Part shown: in pieces, positions 22,089 through 32,623 of the stretch
How positions within the stretch are numbered: the first letter of the stretch is position 1
How the letters are laid out: the number at the start of each line of letters is the position of its first letter
Assembly (NCBI GenBank): GCA_963701075.1
Contig: OY969559.1
Location: 192,001 to 256,000, forward strand
DNA from: an uncultured Nitrososphaerota archaeon
GTDB lineage: Archaea; Thermoproteota; Nitrososphaeria; Nitrososphaerales; Nitrosopumilaceae
Length of the DNA: 64,000 nt
Direction: 5' to 3'
The notes under the pieces: model-generated
Told to the model about the DNA's origin: nothing
What the model saw: the letters and a program-made list of their open reading frames with translations, nothing else
Database searches by the model: none
Position numbers and translations under genes: made by a program

Positions 22089-23003
22089 TTATTCCATGAC
22101 AGCATAACCAAAACCTGTTTTTCCATACTCATTACCATTGTATAACATGTATTTTGTTCCATTATGTTTAAACACAAATGAGTATTCCATCATTTCTGAA
22201 TCCCACTCTGTTGAAGAAACATCTATTCCTACCTGCTCATCCTTTCTTTCCCAATGTATTCCATCCCTTGATTCTGAATATCCTATTCTATACTGCTTTG
22301 TCGCATGTGAGTACCACATTTTGTAAATTCCATCTTCTTTCAATATACATGCTTTTCCAATTCTTGTTTCATTTTCTTTAAAGTCGACACAAATTACACC
22401 ATTTCTTTCCCAATGTATTCCATCCCTTGATTCTGCATATCTAATATGATAAGGAATCTTAAACTCCCCGTTATTTCTTTCCCAATGTGTACCGGAAATA
22501 TACCACATTCTCCATAAATTATCTTCACGAATTACCCATGGCGATGCTGCAAAATATGGATCTATTGTATTACGATCAATAATGGGACCATCACTATACT
22601 TTTTGAAACTTACTCCATTATCATGACTGATGGCAAGTCCAATTGACCATCTAAAAGGAACTGTCCCACCCAAGTTCCAACCTACGTAATAAAGATATTT
22701 TTTATCCTCATAAGTTACTAAACTACCTGTCATTGCCCCGTTATCATCAAAAGTTCCCAATTTTCCTAATGGTACAACAGGCTCCTCACTTATCTTCAAA
22801 ATTTTTCTAGGATCCTTAATGTCTATTTCCAAATATCCTATAGAAGCTCTATTTTCTGAATCACGTCCACTAAAATATATTCGGTATAAATCATCTTTTA
22901 TTCTATCAGCTATTGGTAAACTTGCATATGATTTCATCCATTCAAATTCTCCCTTTGACTCAAAAATTAGACCTTTTTTAACCCACTTCATACAACACCC
23001 CAA
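22089..23003 (-). CDS. Beta-propeller glycosidase-like protein
   Basis: Repeated Y.ESRDGIHWER and S.DNG..F Asp-box-like motifs. Confidence 0.7.
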   Translation of the reverse strand: MGCCMKWVKKGLIFESKGEFEWMKSYASLPIADRIKDDLYRIYFSGRDSENRASIGYLEIDIKDPRKILKISEEPVVPLGKLGTFDDNGAMTGSLVTYEDKKYLYYVGWNLGGTVPFRWSIGLAISHDNGVSFKKYSDGPIIDRNTIDPYFAASPWVIREDNLWRMWYISGTHWERNNGEFKIPYHIRYAESRDGIHWERNGVICVDFKENETRIGKACILKEDGIYKMWYSHATKQYRIGYSESRDGIHWERKDEQVGIDVSSTEWDSEMMEYSFVFKHNGTKYMLYNGNEYGKTGFGYAVME

Positions 23004-23006
23004 CTA

Positions 23007-23678
23007 TTAGATATTTTTCAACTTATCGCTTGTGATTGGAAGTAATTTGGTACTGTCTGTAGTATATACTTCCTTTTCTTTAGTGTCTTTCAAAATAACT
23101 GCACCTGCACCAATAACGCATTCTCTTGCTATACTAATTCCATCTCTAATAGTAGAATTAACTCCTAAAAAACAAAATGGGCCGATCTTAACATTTCCTG
23201 ATATAACTACATGTGATGCAATAAAACAATGATCTCCAATAGTAGAATGATGACCTATGTGATTTCCACTCCAAATTATTACATCGTCACCTATTTTTAC
23301 AAAAGGCTGAATGACATTATTTTCCAATATGAAACAATTCTGCCCTATATCTAATTTGCCCCAAGTAATTGCCTTTGAATTAACATAACTCAATAAGTTA
23401 TAACCCTTGGATTTTACATCATCAAATATTTTTGCTCTCAGTTTATTGATTTTCGAATATACAACAGCTATGAACATCAAATATTGGTCTGGTGGATATT
23501 TTTCTTCTATATTTTCAAAAGGTATTATAGGTAAACCAAATAATTCTTTTTTATCGATAAACTCTTTGTTTGCAGTAAATGCAACAATCTCATATTGGCT
23601 ATCATGTGTAAGATAAAAATGTACTACCTCTGCAAAACCTGAAGTTCCAAATATGATTACTTTTCTCATAAATCTCAA
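23007..23678 (-). CDS. Sugar O/N-acetyltransferase, NeuD/PglD hexapeptide family
   Basis: IIFGT.GFA N-terminus; hexapeptide repeats with IGHH. Confidence 0.88.
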   Translation of the reverse strand: MRFMRKVIIFGTSGFAEVVHFYLTHDSQYEIVAFTANKEFIDKKELFGLPIIPFENIEEKYPPDQYLMFIAVVYSKINKLRAKIFDDVKSKGYNLLSYVNSKAITWGKLDIGQNCFILENNVIQPFVKIGDDVIIWSGNHIGHHSTIGDHCFIASHVVISGNVKIGPFCFLGVNSTIRDGISIARECVIGAGAVILKDTKEKEVYTTDSTKLLPITSDKLKNI

Positions 23679-23754
23679 TAATCCATTGTTATGTATTTAA
23701 TATTGTCCTTTTACATAAAATAACTTCCAAACCTAACTGAATCGAAAAAGTGAC

Positions 23755-24966
23755 TTGTACAAGAAATATAAAACAAGTTTATTATTAACCCAGTGTTCAA
23801 ATGTGACTATTAGAATTTTAGGAATAGAAAAATCTGAAAAACTAATCTATGATTTAGGAAGATATTTAACAAGGTCAAAAATCATGCAGATGAATATTCC
23901 AACTGGTTACAGAAATTTTCTTATATCTCATAATGATATAGAGTTTTTTAAATCACAAAAGACAGCTGATCAAGTTAAAAAAATAAATCAAATTAAAGAT
24001 AATTTTGATCTATGTATTGTTTCAGGATGGGATGCTGCAACAATTGCATATCTGTCAGGATTGAAATACATTATTTTCTTCATGGGTGATGATATTAAAA
24101 TACCTCCATTTGTAAAAAACTCTAAACCTGATTTTCTTAATGAGCCTGTTAACAAATACAACTTTCTCCAAAGAAAATTCTATAAACATATTCTTAATAA
24201 CGCACTAGCCTGTGTTACTGGCTCCGAAGAGATGATCAGTTATTTAAAAAAATATAGAAAAGATGCATATAGGATCGATGGATTTGTAGCAAATACCTCT
24301 TTGTTTAATCCTACAGTTAAACCGATAGATCTTAAAAAAAATACATTTACATTTTTTAGTCCGCAAAGAATTGGACTTGAGAAAGGTACGGATGTTCTAT
24401 GGAAGGCCATCTCTTTATGTAAATCTGACTTTGAAGTCATTCAGGTTGAATGGTTTGACGAAAAATCTCCAGAAGCAAAGAGAACAAGCAATGAATTATT
24501 AAAAATAAAACCTTCTAAAGTTCGTCTAATACCGTTGATAAAACTTGTGGATATGCCAAAATACTATGCATTTGCAGATGCAGTACTTGGAGAAATGAAA
24601 ACAGGGCATTTGAATTACACAGAATGTGAAGCAATATTATGTAAAAAACCAGTTATAACCTATAATGATCCTAAGTGGAAACATCTTGCTGCTGGAAAAG
24701 AAATTTCTTCTCCTTTTCTACCTACATCCCAAGATCCTTTGCAAATAGCTGAATTGATAGACAAAGTAGTTGAATCTAGAGATTTTCGCGAAAAATTAAT
24801 TGAAACAGAATATGATTTTATAATGAAAATGGCAGATCCTGTGAAGAAAGCAGAAGAATGGGATGATTTTTTTGAAATTGTATATAAACAACAAAAATCA
24901 ACTAAAAAAAATATACCTTTTTTTATAAGATGGTTTCGAATGATCTTTTTCTATATCTGTCAATAA
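23755..24966 (+). CDS. Putative glycosyltransferase (GT-B-like)
   Basis: KGTD; YAFADAVLG...EAI.CKKPV pattern. Confidence 0.6.
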   Translation: MYKKYKTSLLLTQCSNVTIRILGIEKSEKLIYDLGRYLTRSKIMQMNIPTGYRNFLISHNDIEFFKSQKTADQVKKINQIKDNFDLCIVSGWDAATIAYLSGLKYIIFFMGDDIKIPPFVKNSKPDFLNEPVNKYNFLQRKFYKHILNNALACVTGSEEMISYLKKYRKDAYRIDGFVANTSLFNPTVKPIDLKKNTFTFFSPQRIGLEKGTDVLWKAISLCKSDFEVIQVEWFDEKSPEAKRTSNELLKIKPSKVRLIPLIKLVDMPKYYAFADAVLGEMKTGHLNYTECEAILCKKPVITYNDPKWKHLAAGKEISSPFLPTSQDPLQIAELIDKVVESRDFREKLIETEYDFIMKMADPVKKAEEWDDFFEIVYKQQKSTKKNIPFFIRWFRMIFFYICQ

Positions 24967-25016
24967 ATTCAACTGATTGTAAATAAAACCTGATAAAATA
25001 ATAATTAAATTACAGG

Positions 25017-25712
25017 TTATCTATTTTTCATTAAATAAGGTTTTTTTCTTAAAAGCTCGAGAATGTCATCAGTATAAAATATGCCATTTTTATATAATTC
25101 AGCAAAAATTCCTCTAATGAATTCTAAATCATAAGGAACCTCTACAGTCCAATGAAATTTTCCTAAATCATATCCTGTTTGGATTTCTAAAATTCTGAAT
25201 CCATTTTCAGGATTTATGATATATGGTGTTACATGTTCTCTCTCTGCTGGTGATTTTGCATTTAACCACGCTTTCTCTAATGCTTCAAATGTAAATCCTT
25301 CCATTCCAATACCGAGTACTGTATTAGCAGCAGGTCTAACATAATCCACCTCTGATGTTTCAAATGATTTTACTATCTGAGAGCACAAATGAGGATCTAT
25401 AAGTGGAGAATCAGCAGTTATTCTAAATATCTCATTTAATTTGTATTCTTTTGATGCCTGATAATATCTATCTAGCACATCATTAGTCGATCCCCTATAA
25501 TATTTAACATCACATTCATTCGAAATTTCTATAATCTTATCATCAATGTCTCGTTGAGTAGTTGCTACTATGATTGGAATACCAATCTTCTTTGAACGCT
25601 CTATTACGTGCCATAACAATGGTTTTCCTTCTATTATTTGTAATACCTTAGAGGGAAAACGTGAAGAATCAGTTCTAGCTTGAATTATTCCAGCTTTCTC
25701 ATTGATAGTCAA
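25017..25712 (-). CDS. SpsF-like nonulosonate cytidylyltransferase
   Basis: IIQAR..SSRFP.KVL, GS.NDVLDRY, RITADSPL.DP, REHVT. Confidence 0.88.
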   Translation of the reverse strand: MTINEKAGIIQARTDSSRFPSKVLQIIEGKPLLWHVIERSKKIGIPIIVATTQRDIDDKIIEISNECDVKYYRGSTNDVLDRYYQASKEYKLNEIFRITADSPLIDPHLCSQIVKSFETSEVDYVRPAANTVLGIGMEGFTFEALEKAWLNAKSPAEREHVTPYIINPENGFRILEIQTGYDLGKFHWTVEVPYDLEFIRGIFAELYKNGIFYTDDILELLRKKPYLMKNR

Positions 25713-25855
25713 ATATCTACTCTTTTATTGTATCGTATTAGAATTTTTTGAATATGTCATGAAAATGGGCTTTTGGATTTTTTTATTATTAGAAATTAGT
25801 TATATAACACATACACGTTTTGTTGTTAATTCCTTAATGTAATATCTTTATTATT

Positions 25856-26947
25856 CTATTTTGAAAGCAAATTAACAGTCTTTATGATAAAATCAACATC
25901 ATGATCAGTTAAATTTGGATGAACTGGTATTGTAACTATCTCATTTGCAGATTTCTCAGTATTGGGCAGAGATATTTTCGAATTATAAAAACTCATGGAA
26001 TGAACAGGCCTATAATGTAATCCAATTTCAATTCCATGTGAATTTATTTTTTTAATAAATTGATTTCTATTTTTTACTCTTATCCAATACAAATGATAGC
26101 TACATTCCTTACTTAGTGGAATTTTTTCCGAAGTTTTTAATTCAGAATCATATCGTTGAGTGATGTGGAATCTTTTTAAATTTAATGAATCTAGTTTTTT
26201 TAACTGTTCTATTCCTATTGCTGCAGAAATTTCATCCGAGTAGTAATTATACCCAAGAGAAGTTACATCATAACTTGTACCTTTTCTGTTGTCTATACCG
26301 CACCATCTAAGAGAATTCAATTTTTTTCGTAGAGTGTGACTATTTCTAGAATTGATTGTTATTGCTCCACCTTTGGGCATTGAAAGATTTTTCACAGGGT
26401 GAAAACTAAAACAAGTTAATTCACTTATTGCACCAATCTTTTTGGAATTATAACTACTGCCACAGGCATGTGCCGCATCTTCTATTATGTGTACATCTCT
26501 CTCTTTTGATATATTTATTATTTTATTCATATCACATGGATATCCACCAAAATGAACAGGAACTATTGCTTTCGTATTTTTTGTAATTTTTGTCTCAATG
26601 TCTGCCGGATCCAAACATAATGTATCTGGATCTACATCAACAAAAATTGGAATTCCGCCATTATATAATATTGAATGGACAGTAGTAACAAAAGTTAGAG
26701 AAGGAACTAAAACTTCTTTTTCATTAATATCTAGAATTTTTAATGCTAAGTGAAGTGCCGCCGTTCCACTGTCAACAGCTACGCATTCTCTCGAATGTGT
26801 GTATTTTCTAAAATTATTCTCAAACTCTAAAACTTTTCCTAGTCCTGCACCTGAAGCCCAATTATGACTTTTCAGAGTTTTTACTGCAGCGTTAATTTCT
26901 TTATTGTTAAATGAAGGAGAAAAAAGTTTTATTGCATAATTTTTCAT
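25856..26947 (-). CDS. DegT-family aminotransferase (PseC-like)
   Basis: IEDAAHA; FSFHPVKNL. Confidence 0.9.
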   Translation of the reverse strand: MKNYAIKLFSPSFNNKEINAAVKTLKSHNWASGAGLGKVLEFENNFRKYTHSRECVAVDSGTAALHLALKILDINEKEVLVPSLTFVTTVHSILYNGGIPIFVDVDPDTLCLDPADIETKITKNTKAIVPVHFGGYPCDMNKIINISKERDVHIIEDAAHACGSSYNSKKIGAISELTCFSFHPVKNLSMPKGGAITINSRNSHTLRKKLNSLRWCGIDNRKGTSYDVTSLGYNYYSDEISAAIGIEQLKKLDSLNLKRFHITQRYDSELKTSEKIPLSKECSYHLYWIRVKNRNQFIKKINSHGIEIGLHYRPVHSMSFYNSKISLPNTEKSANEIVTIPVHPNLTDHDVDFIIKTVNLLSK

Positions 26948-26973
26948 GTGTTAATCTCCTAATATTGTATTAG

Positions 26974-27717
26974 TTATTTCTCTTTTGATATTATTAAAGA
27001 TTCAATTCTTTTTGCATGTTTAACTAATAATGAGAGTTCATCAAAGGATATTGAAAATGGCGCATCGGGGCCTTTAGATATGTCTAATTTTACATGTTTT
27101 TCTACAAATAATTCATGTGCATTAAGATATTTTTTTATGGCTAAATATACCAAAGGAATTGTAATTCCTAATGTGTGATCTGAAAAAAAATCATGTTTCA
27201 AATTTTCTTTCCAATCAATTTCATTATCTGTAGCAGGATATTCCGCTACACAATAACAAAATTGATAATTTTGCCCTTGAAATAATCCCTGAATTTTCTG
27301 ATAATCAATTCCATATCCGGTACTGATAAAAACACGTTTTTTTGTTTCCGCCACTTTCTTAATTGTTTCATATGCAAATTTGTGTTTTAACGCTGCGGTG
27401 TAAGAGGCAATTTTATACACTTCGGTATTTATTGATTCTAAAACATCAACAGCTTCTGGATTGAATACGCTACAAAACCACTTTATCCCAATCTTATCAG
27501 CATATTTCTTTAACTCTCTTGCATTGTCTTCAGTTAGTTCTGCTTTTTTAACAAAATCCCAATGTTCAAATGATGGATTATAGAGATCAGCTGCTCGCCA
27601 CATTTGGAATTTAATATAGGACGCACCACTTTCTTTTGCTTTTTCAATACAAAGTTTCGCTAGTTCTACATCTCCTTCCCAATTAGATCCAATTTCAGGA
27701 ATTATATTTATTGACAA
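26974..27717 (-). CDS. NeuB/PseI-family nonulosonate synthase (short form)
   Basis: EIGSN..GD, IKFQ, YKIAS, STG, C.A.YP, SDHT, EKH; no C-terminal SAF domain visible. Confidence 0.88.
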   Translation of the reverse strand: MSINIIPEIGSNWEGDVELAKLCIEKAKESGASYIKFQMWRAADLYNPSFEHWDFVKKAELTEDNARELKKYADKIGIKWFCSVFNPEAVDVLESINTEVYKIASYTAALKHKFAYETIKKVAETKKRVFISTGYGIDYQKIQGLFQGQNYQFCYCVAEYPATDNEIDWKENLKHDFFSDHTLGITIPLVYLAIKKYLNAHELFVEKHVKLDISKGPDAPFSISFDELSLLVKHAKRIESLIISKEK

Positions 27718-28141
27718 TAATTTACATCAGAACTGAATCTAGCATATATTAATTCATTGCTGATTTCTGCACTGGATAGTTAGAGAGATAAATCATTGAC
27801 TAAAACAAATTGTAAAGAAACGGTTGATTTTTGGATGTCAGAAAATACGTGCCTACTGCACCACGATTCATAGATGTCATAGCCTATCCCCTTAGAGTTA
27901 TCTCCGCCTACTGGACAGGTCTGCTGGTGCTTATTTTGCTTGTAGGATTCAGCTCCTACTTTGATCTATAGTGATAAGTTCTAAATGGAGAGATGAGATG
28001 GTAGTAGAAAAAATCTTGGTTATGTGATCATTACCATATGGTATCGTCATAAGCAGTAGATTAGACAGAACTCTTCCTATTTCTATGAAATTACTTAAAA
28101 AGATGAAAATTTAACATGTAGTGATTTTGTTGTCTTTTGAG

Positions 28142-28507
28142 TCAATTCTTAATTTTTGATTCTACAACGTAGCGATATTCTGGAAAATTTGTATCCTCGT
28201 ACTCTTTTTCAAATACTTCCAAAAATAAGCTATCTTCTAACGCAGTAAGTAGATGTGCTTCCTTAGATGGCGTATCAATGATTTCATTTGCTAAAAAAAC
28301 TTGAATTCTCTCACGTCCTGTATTGATATCCTTGCCTCTGTATTCGATTTTTCCTAAGATAACAATATGCTTAGTGGGGATCTTGTGATAATGCCCTCCC
28401 CTTGAATATCCCTTTCTTAATTCAAGTAGATGTACTTTCTTATTATTAGAAGATAAAAAGAAAATCTTTCCCCTTACATCTTCAACTTCTTTTTCTATTT
28501 TCATCAA
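28142..28507 (-). CDS. Cupin-fold sugar epimerase/isomerase-like protein
   Basis: D.RG; RGGHYH; EAH. Confidence 0.7.
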   Translation of the reverse strand: MMKIEKEVEDVRGKIFFLSSNNKKVHLLELRKGYSRGGHYHKIPTKHIVILGKIEYRGKDINTGRERIQVFLANEIIDTPSKEAHLLTALEDSLFLEVFEKEYEDTNFPEYRYVVESKIKN

Positions 28508-28646
28508 ATACTGATTTTGTTATTACTATTTTAACACTCTAATAAAGATTCTCAAGGAATTGCTGCACATGAAAGTAATTTCTACATCATTAAATTCCAG
28601 AATAAAAAACGAGATTATGGAATACATTGAAAGGAATTTGAATCCA

Positions 28647-28708
28647 TGACAGTGTCTGAATTTTCATTAATTATAATAACTAAACTTGCAGCGCATATTT
28701 ACTGGCTT
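28647..28708 (+). repeat. 62-bp diverged copy of 41858-41919 (3' end of nucleotidyltransferase gene plus flank)
   Basis: 57/62 identical by manual alignment. Confidence 0.85.
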
Positions 28709-28755
28709 GTTTCAAATAAAATCATTTGGTTGTTTAACAAATTCCACTACATATT

Positions 28756-30228
28756 TTAAAACTTGAAGTAAATGAATTGTTCTGGATTTCCATCATAGAA
28801 GAAGAGAATTAAAAGCATTATTCCTACCAAGAAAAACATCCAGTAATGAAGTTTGTAGTTGGATATTCTTTCAGTTAGATTTCCTTTTTTATATGATATA
28901 AAATGTAAAATCAGAAATACTGACAATACAGCTATTGGGAATTTATTTAATGTGATAAATTGCATTGTTTCCGAAATGTGGAAGTCCAATAGAAGATATT
29001 TTCCCATAGCATATGTCATGTAGTTAAAATTTCCAACTCTAAACGCAATCCATGCGAGGAAGACAAAATATTGTGTTATCAATATGGAAATTATAATTCC
29101 AATCTTTGTTTGGAAAAATGAATGATTCCTAAGACTAGGAAACCTGTTTGACACGAACTTGTGAATTGCAAGATATGACCCATGTAATAGGCCCCAGATC
29201 ACGAAATTCCAGGCAACTCCATGCCATAGACCACCCAAGAACATAACTGCGATTAAATTGAGATATGTTCTTGCTTTTGATTTCTTATTTCCGCCTAAAG
29301 GTATGTAGAGATAGTCTCTAAGCCAAGATGACAATGAAATGTGCCATCTTCTCCAAAAATCTGATGGGGATATAGCAAAGTATGGTTTGTTAAAATTAAT
29401 TGGTATCTTAAAGCCCATTATTAAAGAAGCTCCGATTGCAATGTCAGTATAACCTGAAAAGTCAGAATAAATTTGAATTCCAAAGGCTATCGTACCCAAA
29501 ATAATTGTAAATGAATCATGACCCACGGGGTTTCTAAAAATGTCGTTTACCATCGGTGCTATGTTATCTGCAAAAAACATTTTCTTGAAAAAACCCATGG
29601 CCATTATTGTAATTCCCAACTTGAGGTTGGTTTTTTCTATTAAGATCTGTCGAAGTTTTGTTCCTGATTGGTAATTTTCCATTTTCTCTCTTAGTTGAGG
29701 CAAAAAGTCTTTTGCCCTTAAAATAGGGCCTGCAACTAATTGTGGAAAAAATGAAACAAAGATGGCATATTCTCTAAAGGACTTGACAGGTTCTAGTTGA
29801 CCTCGAAAAATCCCAACGGTATATGTTATTGAATGAAATGTGTAAAAGGATATGCCAATAGGTAGTGCCAGATTCAGAAGTGGAATTTGAGTCTCCAAGT
29901 TAAGGTGTTGCCCCAAAATATTGAATTGGGTTACAGCAAAATCATAGTACTTGAAGAAGCCTAAAAGACCTAGATTACCAGCCAGGCTAAGAACCAGCCA
30001 GATCTTCTTTTTTCTTGTACTATCAGCTTTCCAAATTGCCTTGCCAAAATAAAAGTCCCAAATTGTAGTAAATATTAAAAGTGTGATCAAATAATTACTA
30101 GAATAATAAAAAAAGAAATAACTTGCAATTAAAATAAAAGTATGTTGGAATTGTCTGTTCTTTATCATTACAAGAACGCTTAATACCGTTATGAAAAAAA
30201 TTATGAAATCGATTGTATTGAAAAGCAT
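28756..30228 (-). CDS. MBOAT O-acyltransferase (AlgI/DltB/PatA family)
   Basis: LPIGISFYTF, FFPQLVAGPI, DFSGYTD, FWRRWHISLSSWLRDYLYIPLGG, GLWHG. Confidence 0.95.
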   Translation of the reverse strand: MLFNTIDFIIFFITVLSVLVMIKNRQFQHTFILIASYFFFYYSSNYLITLLIFTTIWDFYFGKAIWKADSTRKKKIWLVLSLAGNLGLLGFFKYYDFAVTQFNILGQHLNLETQIPLLNLALPIGISFYTFHSITYTVGIFRGQLEPVKSFREYAIFVSFFPQLVAGPILRAKDFLPQLREKMENYQSGTKLRQILIEKTNLKLGITIMAMGFFKKMFFADNIAPMVNDIFRNPVGHDSFTIILGTIAFGIQIYSDFSGYTDIAIGASLIMGFKIPINFNKPYFAISPSDFWRRWHISLSSWLRDYLYIPLGGNKKSKARTYLNLIAVMFLGGLWHGVAWNFVIWGLLHGSYLAIHKFVSNRFPSLRNHSFFQTKIGIIISILITQYFVFLAWIAFRVGNFNYMTYAMGKYLLLDFHISETMQFITLNKFPIAVLSVFLILHFISYKKGNLTERISNYKLHYWMFFLVGIMLLILFFYDGNPEQFIYFKF

Positions 30229-31301
30229 TATGGATACGTCTCGGCTTCAATCATTTTAGTGACATCTTTACAGTACATTGTATCATTATCATTGAATGCT
30301 ATGTGGTTAAGATCATGCCAGACATTCAGATTTTCATACTTGTCAAAGAGTGAATAAAATTCTATATCATGATTGTCGGCTAATCTGTTCACGATGACAT
30401 CAAAAGACTTTCTATATTGCGCTGGCATGGCATCCAAATAAATCTCGTTTTGCGGCGTGGTAAACACAATTACTTTTATGTTGTTTTGATGTAATTTTGT
30501 AATAATCTCCTCTAATGCGATAAAGTTCTCATTTTTGTCTGGCGGCGGAATTTCCCTAAATTGTGATGCAACTTGGTTAAACTGGACTTGATTTATGGAT
30601 GCTTCCTGATTCTCTAGTTCATTCTTACTTGCAGTGATCGTATCGCCTTTTCCAATTGAAAAGAACGGAGAGTTTGGATAATGCGGGCCTTGGAGTTTTT
30701 CTTCCAAATTATGAGTTAAAAAAATATCTTGTATTGAACTTAGGGTTAATATTTTCGGTGATTGTAGAAAATCCAGATCATACTGAAGTGGAGACATCAA
30801 TTCTGAAAAAATTCCTGCAAAGAATTCATGTGGATCAGGCAGTATGCTTGTTGGCGTGTTTAGTGAAGAATCTGTGGCTGGATTAAGACTTACAAAATCT
30901 CTGTCTGCTACACCGTAGATCACTATTGTTGGATGTTCTGAAATAATCATGTTTATCGTATCTAGTCTTTCTATTGGATGATCGCTGCCTACAGCTAGAT
31001 TGTAAATCGTATAATTTTGATTTGCCTCTAGCAGATATTCCTGAATTGTAGTGGTATTTAATGGCATTACATGACTAGAACCTAGTATGAAAATTTTTTT
31101 TTCAGCAGTACTAATTTTTTCAGAGTAAAAATTCTTTTCCATTAAATAAGTATCAGGATCTGTTATTATCAGATGACCGTCTACTGTTTTGTATTGGATA
31201 CTAAAAAGTACAATAAAAAATATCGAAAAAGCAATCACAAATGCAGAAAATGTCGCAAGAATTATTTTTTTATTCTTAACTTGTTCTGAGGGCAAATACA
31301 T
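30228..31301 (-). CDS. Membrane-anchored SGNH/DltD-like partner of the MBOAT
   Basis: N-terminal TM helix, ILGSSH, YNLA and terminal DLNH; abuts the MBOAT start. Confidence 0.7.
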   Translation of the reverse strand: MYLPSEQVKNKKIILATFSAFVIAFSIFFIVLFSIQYKTVDGHLIITDPDTYLMEKNFYSEKISTAEKKIFILGSSHVMPLNTTTIQEYLLEANQNYTIYNLAVGSDHPIERLDTINMIISEHPTIVIYGVADRDFVSLNPATDSSLNTPTSILPDPHEFFAGIFSELMSPLQYDLDFLQSPKILTLSSIQDIFLTHNLEEKLQGPHYPNSPFFSIGKGDTITASKNELENQEASINQVQFNQVASQFREIPPPDKNENFIALEEIITKLHQNNIKVIVFTTPQNEIYLDAMPAQYRKSFDVIVNRLADNHDIEFYSLFDKYENLNVWHDLNHIAFNDNDTMYCKDVTKMIEAETYP

Positions 31302-31398
31302 GAGTGAATTTTCATAATCTGCTACTCTTCAAATAGTTTTTCGTTAATGTAGTTTTTATCACCTATTCCTAAGATGTAAGTGTAGCCTCAATAGATAA

Positions 31399-31497
31399 GA
31401 CATCTTGGCATCTAAAAAGGCTGGAATTTCAACAATCAAAATGGAAACAGACGGTAGCTTGCTAGAGATTGTAAATAAAATCGTAGATCGTTCCTAA
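31399..31497 (+). pseudogene. Possible C-terminal remnant of a GmhB-like HAD phosphatase
   Basis: Manual translation DILASKKAGISTIKMETDGSLLEIVNKI resembles the D..A...AG..TI tail. Confidence 0.3.
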
Positions 31498-31515
31498 AGT
31501 GTGGGAATGATTTTC

Positions 31516-32529
31516 TTATGTTAATTTTTTCTTTATAAAATCTATAGAATTGGTGGGAGTTGGATCCGTTCTTTTTAATATGGCATGATATATGCTGGCA
31601 TAATCTAAGAGATACACCAGATTGATTATCTTTGAAAATATGCTTCCAGAAACAGAATGTATTTCTTTATAGTCAATATGGTTAATATCAAAATAACACT
31701 TGATTACTCTCCACAGGTTCTTGGTCTTTACATAATCATCTTTTCCCTGTATCAATATTGGTTGCACATTAGATGGTCTCTCCCACGAAACTATTCCATT
31801 ATGGCACGCTTCTATAACGTCTTCGGCAAATGCATGCATCTTGGAATTTTCCTGCAAAGAGTTTTTAAATCTAATAGCTACGGCCTGCAACCCGGCCGGA
31901 TAGTAAATCAAAGGTATTTCAGACAACCACAAGGCAAGCTCAATTGATGGGTTGGTTTTGTTCAGGTTGGATGAGGATATCTGTCTATGAGTTTTCTTTA
32001 AAGATGAAATTGATTCCATGATATCTGATTTCTTTGTGGGCATTACTGGACCTAAGACTTTGAGAATGGAATACAGATAGACAGGAAAGGAGGCTCGTGG
32101 AGAGTTTAGCATAGGAATATTTCTGTGCTCGATTCTATTTTTTTTGCAGTATTCTTCCAGTTTTCCTCCAGAAGAAAATCCTACAAGCTTACAGCCAGCT
32201 TTTTTTGCCTTGTCTATTACTGTAAGTGTCTCTTTAGTATCACCAGATACGCTTGTTGCAACTACAAGAGTATGAGAATCTATAGTCCTTGGAAGGTGAT
32301 AGCCCTTGACCACACAGACATGCATTCTAGTTTTTGATAGAATGGATGATAGCGTGTCCCCAATTACGCCAGAGCCTCCCATTCCAACAAAAACAATATG
32401 GTTGATTCCTTTGAAATCAGCCACATCATAATCTGTACCATAGAATTTTTCTGCAAGTTCTGGCCATCTGTCATAAACTTTGTACATTCCGCTTTTGTCA
32501 TATTTGTTTATAGTATCAATATCAAGCAA
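31516..32529 (-). CDS. Bifunctional phosphoglucose/phosphomannose isomerase (SIS domains)
   Basis: GMGGSG, SVSGDTKET, SSGGKL, SPRAS, QENSK, E.CHN. Confidence 0.9.
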   Translation of the reverse strand: MLDIDTINKYDKSGMYKVYDRWPELAEKFYGTDYDVADFKGINHIVFVGMGGSGVIGDTLSSILSKTRMHVCVVKGYHLPRTIDSHTLVVATSVSGDTKETLTVIDKAKKAGCKLVGFSSGGKLEEYCKKNRIEHRNIPMLNSPRASFPVYLYSILKVLGPVMPTKKSDIMESISSLKKTHRQISSSNLNKTNPSIELALWLSEIPLIYYPAGLQAVAIRFKNSLQENSKMHAFAEDVIEACHNGIVSWERPSNVQPILIQGKDDYVKTKNLWRVIKCYFDINHIDYKEIHSVSGSIFSKIINLVYLLDYASIYHAILKRTDPTPTNSIDFIKKKLT

Positions 32530-32623
32530 TTATTGTTGTGAAGATATGGTTGTAATATAATGATTATGAGATTTGTAGAGTTTATAATTTAAAAAAAGAA
32601 ATCAAAAAATAATCTCCATGAGT

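Noticed and set aside
22246-22435. ~30-bp direct repeat ctttcccaatgtattccatcccttgattctg
   Set aside because: It encodes the repeated ESRDGIHWER blade motif of the beta-propeller protein; only two copies, not CRISPR
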